This document shows, piece after piece, positions 27,172 to 43,123 of a stretch of 64,000 bases of DNA. Positions within the stretch are counted from its first letter, which is position 1. The number at the start of each line of letters is the position of its first letter. This DNA is from Blasia pusilla (Eukaryota): the NCBI GenBank assembly GCA_050084515.1, contig CM114271.1:16058001-16122000 (forward strand), given 5' to 3'. A program made the position numbers and the translations under genes. The notes below the pieces were generated by a model that was given only the letters and a program-made list of their open reading frames with translations, did not search any database and was not told the origin of the DNA.

Positions 27172-30140
27172 CTAGTTAGTTGCCTCACTTTCATATTGGC
27201 TCACAATAGCATCCAAATTGAGATGATTACATGCATCTGCTTCCAATTCCGCCTCCATGTTAAGATATTTTGATCGTTTCTCTCTGGGAAAGGACTCCAC
27301 CTGGTTCATTATTGCTTGGGGTTGATTCCTCTCTGTGGAATGTGATCTCCTTCTCTGATGCATCCGCTCAAACCAATCCATCTACCGACAATCCTGAGAC
27401 TTACCTCCAACAAAGGGTTCAAGGAATTGTTGTCCAATGTTAAATAAATTTTCTAGAAGTTCCGTGTTCGTCTCTATCCGCGCCTTCACGTTCAAAAGTG
27501 AGTCCATATCCTTCTGCAAAAGTACATACAAATGTTCAAGAAGAACATTGTAGAATGGGAACCCAATGGTTCTGGCAAAGCATTTTTCCACCATCTCTCG
27601 AACATCTTCCGGAGTTGTTGCTTGTGATACAATTGTAGGTGTAGAAGCCTGCGCCTCTTCTAGATAACCAACATCGTAAAAAATTTCTGATTCCATTGGT
27701 GTGTCTCCATGTTGCTCCTGTGCATGCCTTTGCACCATGTTTTCCAACCCACCGACTTTGCTACCAAAACGTGTGCCAAGGAAAGACAAAAACTCTACTT
27801 CGGAGTGCCCACTCAACAATAAGCACTTCACCTGATACAATTTAAAAAGTGTCAGTAGGCTGCATGTAAAATCCTCGTACATCTAGTGCAGAAATAAGAC
27901 TATCCAATCACTGGATACATAGGACTATCTGATTTCATGTGGGACTATAGCTTAATCACCAAACCCGGGGTGCAACAAACACACTTGATGCTTACAAGTG
28001 AACCCTTCATTGGCACAAGGGCATGTACAAGCAACATCTTTCTTGTCATAGTCAACCACATCATGCCAATGGTTTGGCTTGGAGCAACTCTTCACCATTG
28101 CGCATTTCCTCCCATCTACCAATTGAAATGTGACATGGTTCTGTGGGATATCATTTGCCCTTCTGATAGCCATGAGCATGACTTTGTGGATTGCCTTGTT
28201 CCTCACCATACCCTCTCGTTTCAAAAATCCCAAGTACTAAAAGAAATCTTCTATTTCCTCACATAAGATCTGCACAAGCCATATGAGCTTCCTGGTGGGT
28301 TTTGTAGGCATGCTAGAAGTGAGATGCATTTTCAGAGTGTGGTGCCACCTTTCTATCGCGGCATTTGTATCTTGGTTGGATCTTGCATGCTTACGATAGC
28401 CCTTTGCCCAAGTAAAAATCTTAGGATGCCAATAGTTTAGATAGTACTTCACAAAGTGGCGTTCAGTTGCAGCCCACTTGCGCATGAAACAATACGAGAC
28501 ATCCACATGATCTGGGACAGAAAACCATTGCTTAATTAATATGTGGCCTACTCCAACAACGGACATACCTTAGAAGCAATGAAACGAACTACTATTACTT
28601 ACGAATGGAGAACATACCTTCTTTACGTGAGTACATGACACCACCCAAGTCTCTGTTCATGTCGACTTTTGTAATTGGACATCAGACCCGTTGGTGCAAA
28701 TGTTTTAACCAATTCTTCCTTACATGCCATAGACACAGGTCTATAGGAACATCAAGGAAGACTTCTCTGATTGTAGATTTTTCCTCTTTGGAGTCGTCAA
28801 CTATGAAGCATGATGGTTTCTAACCGGGGCTATCAACCGACGCAAGATCTCTCGTCATATATTTATCTGCCCACTCCTTAATATGGGCCAATGTATCCAC
28901 TAGATCTCGATGTTGATGCCTCTGTAAAACGGCCCATATTAGAGGTAATCCGTTCTGAAACTTGTCAAAACCCAACAACGTGAATAGTTGATACTGTGAA
29001 CATAAAAAAGAATGTGTTTAAGATTCTGATTGTTCATGTACATAGCTATTAAAGTGAACACAACATTCCAAATGTTCAGATTTCTGCCAGATCGTGCAGC
29101 TGCCGTCAAATGACACCACAGAACCTATATAGCCTAGATACTCCTCTAAGAGAATGACACTATGGTTGTAAGGCCCTGAAATTACCTCATTTGTGTTTGT
29201 GCCATGAGTGGCATCCATGGAGATGGCTCCACCGTTACCAAGATGCAGAAGATTGTGAAGCATCCAAGGTGTAGAAATGACAAGGCTGAAAGGTTGGCCA
29301 AAACTAGAAATGGCCTCCATGTAGTGTATGACATTTTCAGGATGAGCTGCAACCTAATGTTGGATTGCAGTGGCATCATCGGTTCCATCATACCCCCCCC
29401 TTTGCGTCTTCGCATTGAATGCTTGATACTAAGAATATCTTGTGGTTTTAACATAGCATCCCTGCCCCAAGCTTGTTCCTGATTAGGATTCGCGTGAATG
29501 TGTTCACGGATCCATCTCCTATGCTCCTTCATGATATTTAAGGGGCTCATGTTCACTCGCAATAACCGTTCAAAAAATCCCTACAATGAGAACTCAACTT
29601 TGAGGCAACAATTGCATTTGCAATGTCAGCAGTCTTGTCTAAGTCCCCATTGCATATACTGTCCACTTTATTGATATGTTTGGAATACATATGCCTCAAC
29701 ATAGAACATCCACGGCGGTCCTTTGAGGTTACAACCGCAAAGTGGAATTGGCATCGACGTCCCTGAGACAGCCCAAGCTGTGTACTTTGGCTTTCTGGCC
29801 TACTACCCTCGCCTCCTTTGCAGTGCAAGTTTGAATCAAATACCTCACTTGGCAAAGAGGTCCAGACAGTATTCCTATGATCTTGGGGTCCATATGAACA
29901 TCAGTATCGAACTGTAACATCTATGTTCCCTGATTTTTCGGTATTCCTTTTCCTAAATATGGTCTGGAAATGTGGTCTTTGTTCTTCACCATGAATGAAG
30001 TCTTCAACCCTATCTGAAGGAATCCATGCCTTTTTTCTATTACCATACCAAATCAAGTGTTCGCTCAAGAAAGGACCAAGGAGAGGGTTTTGGATAACAT
30101 AACATTCAAATGCACCAAAATATTTGGTGAATTTCACCAT
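27172..30140 (-). pseudogene. Second spliced Mutator-like DDE/SWIM transposase (MULE B), inactivated
   Basis: AWIPSDRVEDFIHGEE, *CSYGPQDHR, RRCQFHF, MDATHGTN (D1), CFIVDDSKEE (D2, ~28780-28810), LCLWH, SNQDTNAAIERWH (E), CTCPCANEGFTCKH (SWIM). Multiple in-frame stops (29901, 28821, 28237, 27382) and frameshifts. Confidence 0.9.
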
Positions 30141-30534
30141 GGCTATAAGATGCTCAAGGATGAGGAATACAAAAAGAGGATGGACGATTGCAACTCCATT
30201 TCAAGTGCAAGCTTCAAGTGTGAATTCTTTCCATTTGACCTGGGCAGAACCAGACAGTACATAAACGGAACACCAAAATTGTAGTGCATATTATAATAGA
30301 CATGTTTTCCTACAAACCAAGCTCGTACCATTCACCATGCACGAATGTGGCACGAATAGCTACTTCTGCAAATTAGCAAATGATATGGATTACATTGCTA
30401 CATTTTTCTGGAACACTCAATGCAAATTTTCTGCCGGACTACGCAAATAATCTCACGTACAAACTTTGGTTCTTACATGAAAAAGTTTCGCAGTGGACAC
30501 AATCCGCCTAATCTGGCTTGTAATCCGTGGTCCG

Positions 30535-30700
30535 CGGCTCGTAATCAAGTTCGAACTAAGCGCTTGCTAATCGGCCCGTAATCAAGTTCGAACTAAGCGC
30601 TTGCTAATCGGCTCGTAATCAAGTTCAAACTAAGCGCTTGCTAATCCGCTCGTAATCAAGTTCGAACAAAGCGCTTGCTAATCGGCTCGTAATCCAGTTC
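30535..30700. repeat. 37-bp tandem repeat x~4.5 upstream of the MULE B transposase
   Basis: gtaatcaagttcgaactaagcgcttgctaatcggc[c/t]c at 30541, 30578, 30615 and 30652, partial at 30689. Confidence 0.95.
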
Positions 30701-31271
30701 CAATCTCAGCTAATAATCCGATTATCCTCATCTCTTCGCATACAAACTGCGCAGCGAGCAAATCACGTCTCTCCCGCTCTTCTCCTCGCTCCGTTCCACG
30801 TTTGAATTACACTTACTAATGCTACCCTAATCCCGAATGAACCCTAAGCGAGAAGCCTAAGCCCATCTGAGGCAAAATAGTCTGTCCAGGATACAATTGA
30901 CGTCGTCCCAACGTCCGTTGGGGAGACGACGTCCATGATATTACGACGTCCGTCTCCCCGATGCACGTCCTTTGTTATGGGGTGCACACCGTCCGTTATG
31001 GGCCGGAGGGCGTCTGGCCAACCTTCCGACCTCTGTGCCCCCTTTTGGTCCCGATATCTGTTGGACGTCGCTCTCGCAGCGGTTGTGCTTCCCGGAGCTA
31101 CCGACGCTAAGACCAATGCTCGATGCTGCTCGAAGTAGCAGCTACCCTACGCGGCTTCAATACGAAGCCGGGACAGACTATGGTCTTCGGTCAGTTGCAC
31201 GCCCATCCACCACTTTACATACATTTTCCCTCCCTCATTTATCATCATTTTCTCAAAAGAAAAATGAAAAG

Positions 31272-33360
31272 TGTAACACATAAAATATAGTCATATAAAG
31301 TTTTCCTTAGCTCAAATTCCCATTACTATAGATGCTTCAAAGCATAGAAGAAATTTTCTAGAGGTCCATAACTCACATAGTGGTGTTTTTTTTTTTTTTT
31401 TATAAGCTTCATTGTCCAGAGACTCCTTCTCTTATGATTTATTCGACTTACAAATAAAAATAATATATAATACTGTAACTCACAATTTTAGGAAATAAGC
31501 TTTTAAGCTCAATGTTTGTGGCCTTACATGACAGACTTCAATCATAACTTAACAAAACCAAAATTGCTTGCAACAGTTTTGCTCAAGTTTCACATGCTTC
31601 TCAAACATACATCAATTGGTTGCTCTTACATCTATATATTATTATTGGAGAGTGACTCTTTGTTTTGCAAACACCTCTCTGATCGACACTTGCCATTTTG
31701 AGCCAATAAGATCGTTCACCTCATAAGTCAATAGGATCCCTTGAAATTGATTTAAGAAGAAACTTGATAATTCATTAGAGAAGGCAGTTTCAACCCTTCC
31801 ATCACACAAGCTTACTCGAGTATACATTATTGGAGGGTTTCCCGTGCTATGCACTTAGGATCTTCAAATTTTCAAAAGCCTCATTCCTCCTTTCCCTTCT
31901 CCATTCAATTGTCTCCTCTTAATTGAACTCTTTTTCTTAAAATGACATGTGTCATTTTAAGAAAAAAATAAGAACCCTTAGAGGACGGGTGTCAAACACA
32001 CGAGGAGGGTTTCCTCAAACCCCATCCTCTTTAATTATAAAAATTAAGACTTTCCCTACGTGTTCTTTGCATATGAATGTTGCATGCCCATATTTTCCTC
32101 TTCCATTTTTTGGACTTGTCCTCCCCCATTCATTTCTTGCTTGAGAATGTTGCACACCCACGTTTAATTCTCCATTTTCTCATTTTCCCTCCACACGACC
32201 ATTTCTTATTCCTCCATTGATTCTCTATGTGACCCCCCTCCTTCGTTGTATCCTGGTTTTCCATCCTTGTTTCTATTAAAGTTTATATTTACTAATATTT
32301 AATTCACGCATTCTTACGTCTATTTTCCTTTCTCCACTTTTCTCTTTCCTTGGCAGTCTTTGCGCACTTTTTGGAGACAGCGCCGCAATTCTCGAGATTC
32401 TGGAGAGGCTCTTTCGACGCAAAAGGTGCCTGTTTCCACGCACTTTTGTCTGACATCGACCTTGTGACGTGTCGTCTCCAGAAAGGGCCCAAAAGCTCTA
32501 TGGCGGTCTGTAGACGGATGTTCCGTAAAGAGTCGCGTTTCTCGAGATTTTGCGGATTAGGGCTGAAGATCGTCGACCTTTTGGCGACTGTTACGGGGTA
32601 CCCTCATGGTGCACTGTACGGGTATTTTGGACCTTTTCTGAAATTGCTTATGAGCCGTGCAGTAGTTGAAGCAGTCTTTGAGACGTTTTACTAGGGCATG
32701 TCGTTTAGGGATGAGAAGGGGTAAGAAATTAAGAGAAGACTTTGAAATGATTCAAATGGATATGAGGCCATTGTGTGACAATATGGTGTGTCATAATTTG
32801 GACTAATTGGATGGTAATATTTTCCAAATGGTTTCTTAGGGTGGAGAATGGATAGTTCTTCTTTCCCTATTTCGACACTTAGGACCCGGTCCCATGCGGC
32901 TGAAGTGGGCAAGACCAAGCCCTATGTCATGGATCAACAAGATGTGACAGATGGGATATACGCACGTTAAAGGACCCTCAAGCCGATTCACGCCGTTAGA
33001 AAGCAGGGCGCAACCTTGTCACCACCCATTTCCCATTATCATAAACTGGCAAAGAGGGAATAATAACTCAAAAACAAATTTCTTTTGGTAGTTGTGCCTA
33101 TCTGATAGCGACCTTGCGATTGCGACTAAGCAGGGAGGGAGGGGGCCACATGGGACCGGGTCCTTAAAATATGTCTCAATATGGAGTTGATTTTATATTT
33201 TAAGCGGCTTTAAGAAATATCCATTAGATTTCAAGCAATTTAACATTAAGGGCCACATGAGCCAGAGAAGAGAACTAATTGAATTTCCTCTCCATTGGTA
33301 CCTAGAGCATGACACCTCTCATTATTCAAAAAAAAATTTGGGCAATCCTAGGGTGTTACA
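31272..33360. mobile_element. Possible old solo LTR (Gypsy-like termini) with nested insertions
   Basis: Starts TGTAACAC and ends GGGTGTTACA (8-bp inverted match). The 5-bp flanks differ (aaaag vs aaatt), so there is no TSD support. Confidence 0.3.
32882..33163. mobile_element. Tourist/PIF-Harbinger-type MITE, 282 bp
   Basis: 19-bp TIR GGACCCGGTCCCATG(C/T)GGC with one mismatch; TTA target duplication at 32879-32881 and 33164-33166. Confidence 0.85.
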
Positions 33361-34916
33361 AAATTTTCTTTGCCCACAACTATTTTATGTGGTCATGGTA
33401 TAGGTAACCTCAAATAATTGGAAATATCATTTATCTGTAAAAAAATTTTTTTTTTCATGTTCAAAAATATTTAATCTCAATATGGCGAGGTCGCCATGGC
33501 TTATGCGAGGCTTGTGTGGTCATCCATGGGATAGAACCCTAATGTATCCAATGAGCCTTATAGGGGAGTGGGTATGCTTACCCAACTCTAAGGGCCCCAT
33601 CCTATAGGGCATCGCAGCTCAACAATACTAGGTATTGCAAGCAAATGAGCATCCACAAGAAGTTGAATGGTATTCTTAAGCTCGCAAATCAGCCAACAAC
33701 ATCTTTATAAGATTGATTTTTAGTTGGAAACTTGTTAGTTTAGTGTCGACTTACAATTTCCAACTTGGAGAGACTTTGTTCTTTGAGCATTGCATTTCAT
33801 GTTATGAGCATGTAAGACCCCTTCCCCTCTCCATACTAAAATCCTTCTTCTCCAAACCCTAAACCCTTTAAAATTCTTATTTCCATTCCTTTCTACATGT
33901 ATATTTTGCGAGGGAAAGGTATTTCATTCTCTTTGTTCTACCTTCACATTAGATATGATGAAAAGAAAAAAAAATTCATTTTCCTAAAACAACACCACAA
34001 CAAGATCTACATCCCATTACACATATGATGTCTTGACATGTACTTACAGACCCTTTCCATAAATCGTCCTAGGATTGTAAGCCTTGCATGCGACTACATC
34101 CTATTCATTATCAACACCCACCTTCCACTAAGATGAGGGAAAGTATGCTTTAAGGGCACTAGTTTGCATGTCCTTCAAATCCATGAATTTCCCAACTCCT
34201 CATTTGAAAAATTTAGAAATATTTAATTAAATGATTTTATTGCTTTTCGAACGAATCCTCCTTCCCTCCTCCAACCCCCACCTTCTCATTTAAAAAAATA
34301 AAATAAATCCCCTCATTTTTGGAATTCTCCTTAAACAAACCTCTTACTTTCCTCCTCAACTTTTAACCTAATTATTTTAAATTTATTCCCAAATAGATTC
34401 TATTTTCCCCTTAACAAGGTTAAAAAAAAATCTCTTTTTTACTTTACAAAAATTTTCTACTTTTTTACAATAAATTATTATAATATTAATGCATTTTCTC
34501 TAAAAAGCAGGAGAGGAAAAATGAGATTTTGAATCATTTTTCCTCTCCTGAATTTTTAACATTTTTTTTATTATCAAAAGTAATATGAAGGAGACTAATT
34601 AGCAAACCTAAAGAGGAACATCTTTCGATTTTCATATTTCTTTTACATCTAAGAGAGGCAAGTGTTTGAGAACTTGGAGCCTCATCTTCTAAGGGCTTGA
34701 TCTCATGGGCATTATGGGGCAAAGTCCGTACATCCATTGAAAAAAAATACGAGTGATATCATTCCAAATCAGTCTGGAATACGTGTTTCCAAAGGTTGCA
34801 AAAATATTACCAACCCCATGGTCGCAAGGATGCTGCTATTTGAGGTGCCCATGGGTACCATCGCTAATACTCACTAGTTTCATGCTATTTAAGGTGCCCA
34901 TGGGAACCGAGGCTAA

Positions 34917-35158
34917 TCTATATAATTATGGGAGAGTGCCTTATTGATTTGCAAACACCTCTATGTTTGACATGCGACACCTGGGCAACAAAAAAATGTT
35001 CACATGCTACAGACAACAACAAAAATTTGGAATTTGCGTACAACATCATTAATCCCTTCTATTCTCGAATTCTATAATAATCAAAACACTAACAAAAACT
35101 CTTCAAACACTTTCTTATTTCATGGGCATCACATGGGCACCTTACAATAACTCACTAG
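34917..35158 (+). mobile_element. Non-autonomous mini-Helitron (degenerate)
   Basis: 5' A|TCTATATAATTATGGGAGAGTG resembles the termini at 31631 and 48478(-). The 3' region catgggcatcacatgggcacctta resembles the 58058-58082 Helitron end; CTAG|T at 35155-35158. Confidence 0.5.
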
Positions 35159-35881
35159 TTTCATACCAATGCTTGGCCTAGTATTTATTTTATTTTTTTG
35201 AAGAAATATCCCACTCTTATGAAAGCTTCACTTTTCCATTTCTTGTTTCTTGGAGGGTTCCAATACCACTTTTTATCTCCTTTGTAATTCAAGGCCATCT
35301 CTTTTCTTCCTCAAATTTTACTCTCCTATTTTGTCCTATTGTGCACACCACAACTGTAGATAATTAAGCATCTTCTTGGGCATCCATGTATGGTTATGTG
35401 GAACATAAGCTGAGGGCATTTGGTAAAACAAGAGAGTTGTATGTCACATATGCCTCCATCGGATGAGTATCATCTCAGAAAACCAAGATGAGCTGAGAAA
35501 ATCATTTGATTTCCACTTTGACATCTCCATTGCATAGAGCTATTTTTAGAAGGGTAAATCACCACCGAAGGTCATAACCCCCATAGAAGAATCATATGGA
35601 AGCTCAAAGTAGGTGTGTGAGAAACACCACCCTAAAGGTGGACTACTGCTAACCAGGACTAAAATGCTGCCCATCAGGTGTAAATGATACCTATTGAGGC
35701 CTCTGCAACAATAGTCATACCCAAGAAAAGCCCAGATAGATACACAGGTTCCTTCTAATCAAGCTCCAATAGATGAAATGTCAGCCCTGATGTCGCCTAT
35801 CCCAAGTCTCACACTTAAACGGAAGAATATGCACATGCAAATAATGTACTCATGCAATGAAAATCCTGAGTTTACATATCC

Positions 35882-36517
35882 TGTTGTAAAACATAGTAAC
35901 TTGGAGTTTACTATAGTGAAAAGTAATTGATAAAATTACTATAGTAACTTAGTGTTTTACCACAGTAAATAGTAATTTCTTGTTACCATAGAGTTACCTC
36001 AGTAATTCTGAGAATTACTATGGGCGGCAGGCCCTAACCCTAAAAACCCTAAAACTTAGAAACTCATTCTCTTGGCTATATATAACCCTCTGAGGGTGCC
36101 CTGCGAATTTACATTCTCTTACACCTTTCTGGACACAACTCTCTGAGCTGAGGAGCTGATTGAGAAGCACTGAGTGTGCTTTGCTTACCTGAGTGGATTG
36201 TGCTTCTGACCTTAGTAGTTCAGTGTGCTAAGCACTGAGTGTGCTGCTGCTTACAGACTGAGAGGTCTGCTGACTTGAGGAGTTCAGTGAGTCTTGTGAT
36301 ACAAGGTGTATAGCAGTACTAACCTGAGTGGTTGCTATTGAGATGTCTACTGCTGCTAACCTGAGTGGTTGCTACTGCACTAAGTGTGCTTGAGAATGCA
36401 AGGTGATCTGGTGATGCAGGTTGTCTAGCTCTTTCCTCTACAATCTAACCTGAGTGGTTGCTATTGCACTAAGTGTGCTTGTAATAGCTAGGTTGTAGAG
36501 AAACTCTGATTCTAAAA
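35882..36517 (+). mobile_element. Solo LTR (636 bp) with 5-bp TSD TATCC
   Basis: Starts TGTTG and ends CTAAAA (degenerate ...CA). TATCC at 35877-35881 and 36518-36522. TATA box ctatatataa at ~36077. Internal repeats aacctgagtggttgcta. Removing it restores a ~65-bp tandem duplication. Confidence 0.75.
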
Positions 36518-37258
36518 TATCCAACTAGAAGAATTTGTACACGCAAATAATATATTCATGCAATGAAAATTGTAAGTTTATCCAACTCTGGCCTCTCTTG
36601 GTGACCCCTATGCTTCACACTCTTGGATCAGTTTCAGAAACCCCATCCAGGGAGTTACATAACAACCCCTGCTGGCTGCTACCTAGTTAGAAAAGATAGT
36701 CTGCCATTCCGCACAGGTTTCAACCCATGAGACAGACAGAGTGCCTACAGAGAAAAATCATAGATCTTTGTGAAGGGTACTTCAAACTGCTGCTGTAGGA
36801 GGTGCAGAACACTGTTTTACACATCACATTTGATTTGTCCTCATGGGGCTGGATGCTATTAGCTTTCTGATGTAAGAATCAGACAACCTAGTGCTAGGAA
36901 AACTCTGCACTGCACGACATGAAAAAATGAGAATGAATGATAGTATACTCATGAACAAGATGAATTCCCTGACAGTCAACAAGCTCAACTCCAGTAGAAT
37001 GCTAATATTATCTCACAAAGAGCGTCTTTCCCTAAATGTAGGGGACCCCGGGAGATCCCCATAAGTACTAGTAAAGGAGGAGTCTCTCCGAGATGTCTCG
37101 GAACACGAATCCCCACTTTGAGCGCCAAACGGCATTTCAGAGGCACAGGATGGAACGGGGGGACAAGAGATCCAAAATTTTGGACTTGCGTATTGGGGCC
37201 TCAATTTTAGTGATACACAGATAAGTACATACATACAAAAGAGTGTCTGCAATAGAGT

Positions 37259-40476
<3,218 letters not shown>

Positions 40477-40485
40477 CTTCGGAAA

Positions 40486-41636
40486 CTGCACAGAGAGGAC
40501 AACATCCAACACCTTGTAAACATCACAAGCTCTCATGCGAAATCTCTGCCGTTCGTCTCATGAGCTGGATATGAAATCTTGCACTCTTCCTCGTTAACCG
40601 GCGATGATCCAGGCACAAGCTAATACCCCACACCGGTTCTGTGAAAGTGGGCTTTCACAATTTGCCGGCTGGTGTCGACAACACTAGTTCCCTGTTCAGA
40701 GCATCTTCCTTCCGTCTGACCATGAAATACTACAGCAAGTCATCAACAGACCATTCGCACCAGCTTGAGAGACTTAGCGTCTCACAACCTCGGACTACAC
40801 TCCTGTCGCCACTCATCACAACGACTCCCAGACTTGGGGCTCAGTGGCTCAGTGCCTGTCCAGCAGGTGATACCACAACACTCTCCAGACCACTCATTGC
40901 AGTGGCGATTGCAATGGAGAAACAAAACTCACCCAACCAACACTGTTGACAATCTTGGCGACTTCTCACTGACTAGCTCCATTTTTTGTGACGGAATTGG
41001 GCGAGTTTAACTAACAGTTTAGGGCCACGCTCCTATCCTAACTCATCACAGCGGTTCCCAGAGGCGCAGCTCGGTGGCTCCACCAAAGCTGGAGACACTG
41101 TACGCTCTAGACTTATCATGGCGATGGCAACGTAGTAAGCAGGACCACACAAGAATTTCCAAAGCGGTGACTAACACGAGTGGCAAGATTCCAGTAGATT
41201 TATACAGACACAGATATATCAAAAGCATATTACTGCTGCTGCCACTCACAGAATCCAATTCAAATCGGTTCAGACACTCCTGAGATAAAGAACTGAAGAG
41301 CTGTTTCATCCACCAGCACCACCAAAATCCCTCTTTCCTAATTGTTGCACACCTTCCCTTCTGGGTCCCGTGGACGAATTTTATCTAGGAATTGTTGTCG
41401 AATGTTGCCACCGTTAAGAATGGGACGCATCCAACAGCGACGGATACAAAGAAAGAAGCAACAGCGACGAAGGTGACGACCGAAAGGAGAAAACTCCAGG
41501 AGACTCGCAAGAATTGGAAGCAATTTTTCACACAGTGCACGAAAACGACAGAGACAAGCTCGCCGCTCCCTGCGAGGACTCACTCTCGCTCCTCCACGCA
41601 CGCACACCAAACAGAAAGAATCGAATCGCAAAATAC
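40486..41636 (-). other. Probable 5'-UTR intron of the alkenal reductase gene
   Basis: Acceptor ctctgtgcag|tttccgaagATG 9 nt before the start codon. Candidate donor acag|gtattt at 41636 follows a GA-rich leader, with a GC-rich promoter-like region at 41.7-42.1 kb. Confidence 0.5.
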
Positions 41637-42308
41637 CTGTATCTGCGCTCCCACCTCCACACTCAATTTTCGCCCCTCCTCTCTCCTCTCCACAGACACC
41701 TCTCAAACTCTCTGCTGCAGTTCACCGCAGACTTGCGCTTCCGATGCCCATTTCTTCAGTCACTCGGCTTCCGTCGTCACTGGTCTTTCCGTCGGCCTTC
41801 CGTGGTCGCTCGTCTCCCCGTCGCGTGAGCTGGCGGCGACACGCGGACGGAGTATGATCCGTCGTATCTGTGACGTGTTCCCTCGTACATTCGAACCGAC
41901 CGCGTCAACGGAAGCGGATTCCCTCGACGGACGGAAGCTTTGCGCTAACGAATCAAATCATACCGTTCGTCTGTACGGAATACGTGCCAGTCTGAAAGCA
42001 CGTGCTTCTTATGCTTATGATTTTTCGCTGATCCATGCATGCATGCGTGCATGCACGCTTTCCCGCATATTGGAACACCAACCGGGAGACGACCTCCGCG
42101 CAGAGTAGAGAATTAAATAATATTAGTTTTACTTATACTATTATTATTTTATTATCTGAAGAGTGTTTGTCAAATGGGCCACCTTGGAAGTTTATATATT
42201 TTGTCTTTTTAAAGATAGAAAGTGTACATGTTTAGGTTGAAGAAATTAAACCGGGTCTAACCATTTAATATTAGTTAGCATGCACGTGCTGAAAAAAAAA
42301 ATTTATTT

Positions 42309-43100
42309 TTAAAACAAATTTATATACAACATTACGCGTACAAAAAATTTATTTTTATGAGTTGGATCAAACTGTGTCATGATAGAAATAGCACTTATGG
42401 TAACTGCTCTTTGTAAGGCAACGTACAATTCGCCATGAGAGAATACGGATGATGGTAAATATATTCCAACCTTTTGTAAAATTTGATCTTGTGACTTATT
42501 AATAGTCATAGCAAAAGCTGGACGGATAGGAAATTGATATCTACGAAGATCGAAAAGTAAGCCAGAGTCTAACGCAATCAAAAGAATGCGTGGGATGAAA
42601 ACTCGATCTCCAATATTTCTCCCTGTAATGATCTCAACATCTATGACATGTGGCATGAAGGCCCGAATCACCAATCGTGTCTCATTTGCTTGTCCTTTTG
42701 CTCCATTCATATTTCTTAATAACATGATTGGTGCCCCTATTTTTAAGGATAATAAATGTGGCGGTAGACCCGACGGTAAGCATGTATTGAGAAACTCCGT
42801 GGGATATATATGACACATACCCTCATCACATACAGAATCCGCACTAAGATAAATATGCTCCTACATTTGCAGAACGATTCAAGGTAAGTATGTTTTAATA
42901 AGGTCCAAGTGACCTTCTTATGAAGAATTGAGAGTTGAATGGAAGAAATAGAGAAAAAAAATATTTACCTCTCCGCGGAATCGAGACATGACTTCCGTAT
43001 TGATATGATCCATATCCCTATTTCTGGGTGTCAAGATACTTGTATCCCTCGAGAAATGTCCAAGATGAATCATGCTCAAATGGGGTGCTACCCCTAAATG
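42309..43100 (-). pseudogene. Helitron PIF1-like helicase C-terminal fragment (copy 1)
   Basis: [61 protein letters not shown]. Confidence 0.9.
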
Positions 43101-43123
43101 GTGGGATCTCAAAATAGTTTATT

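Noticed and set aside
30535-30700. CRISPR-like 37-bp palindromic repeats
   Set aside because: The units are contiguous with no spacers, there are no cas genes, and the context is eukaryotic.
37025-37215. Possible MITE in the reductase 3' region
   Set aside because: Only a loose inverted similarity (ccctaaatgtagggg / ggggcctcaattttagtg) and no TSD.
41338-42108. 238-aa and overlapping ORFs upstream of the reductase
   Set aside because: GC-rich leader/promoter sequence with no protein motifs.
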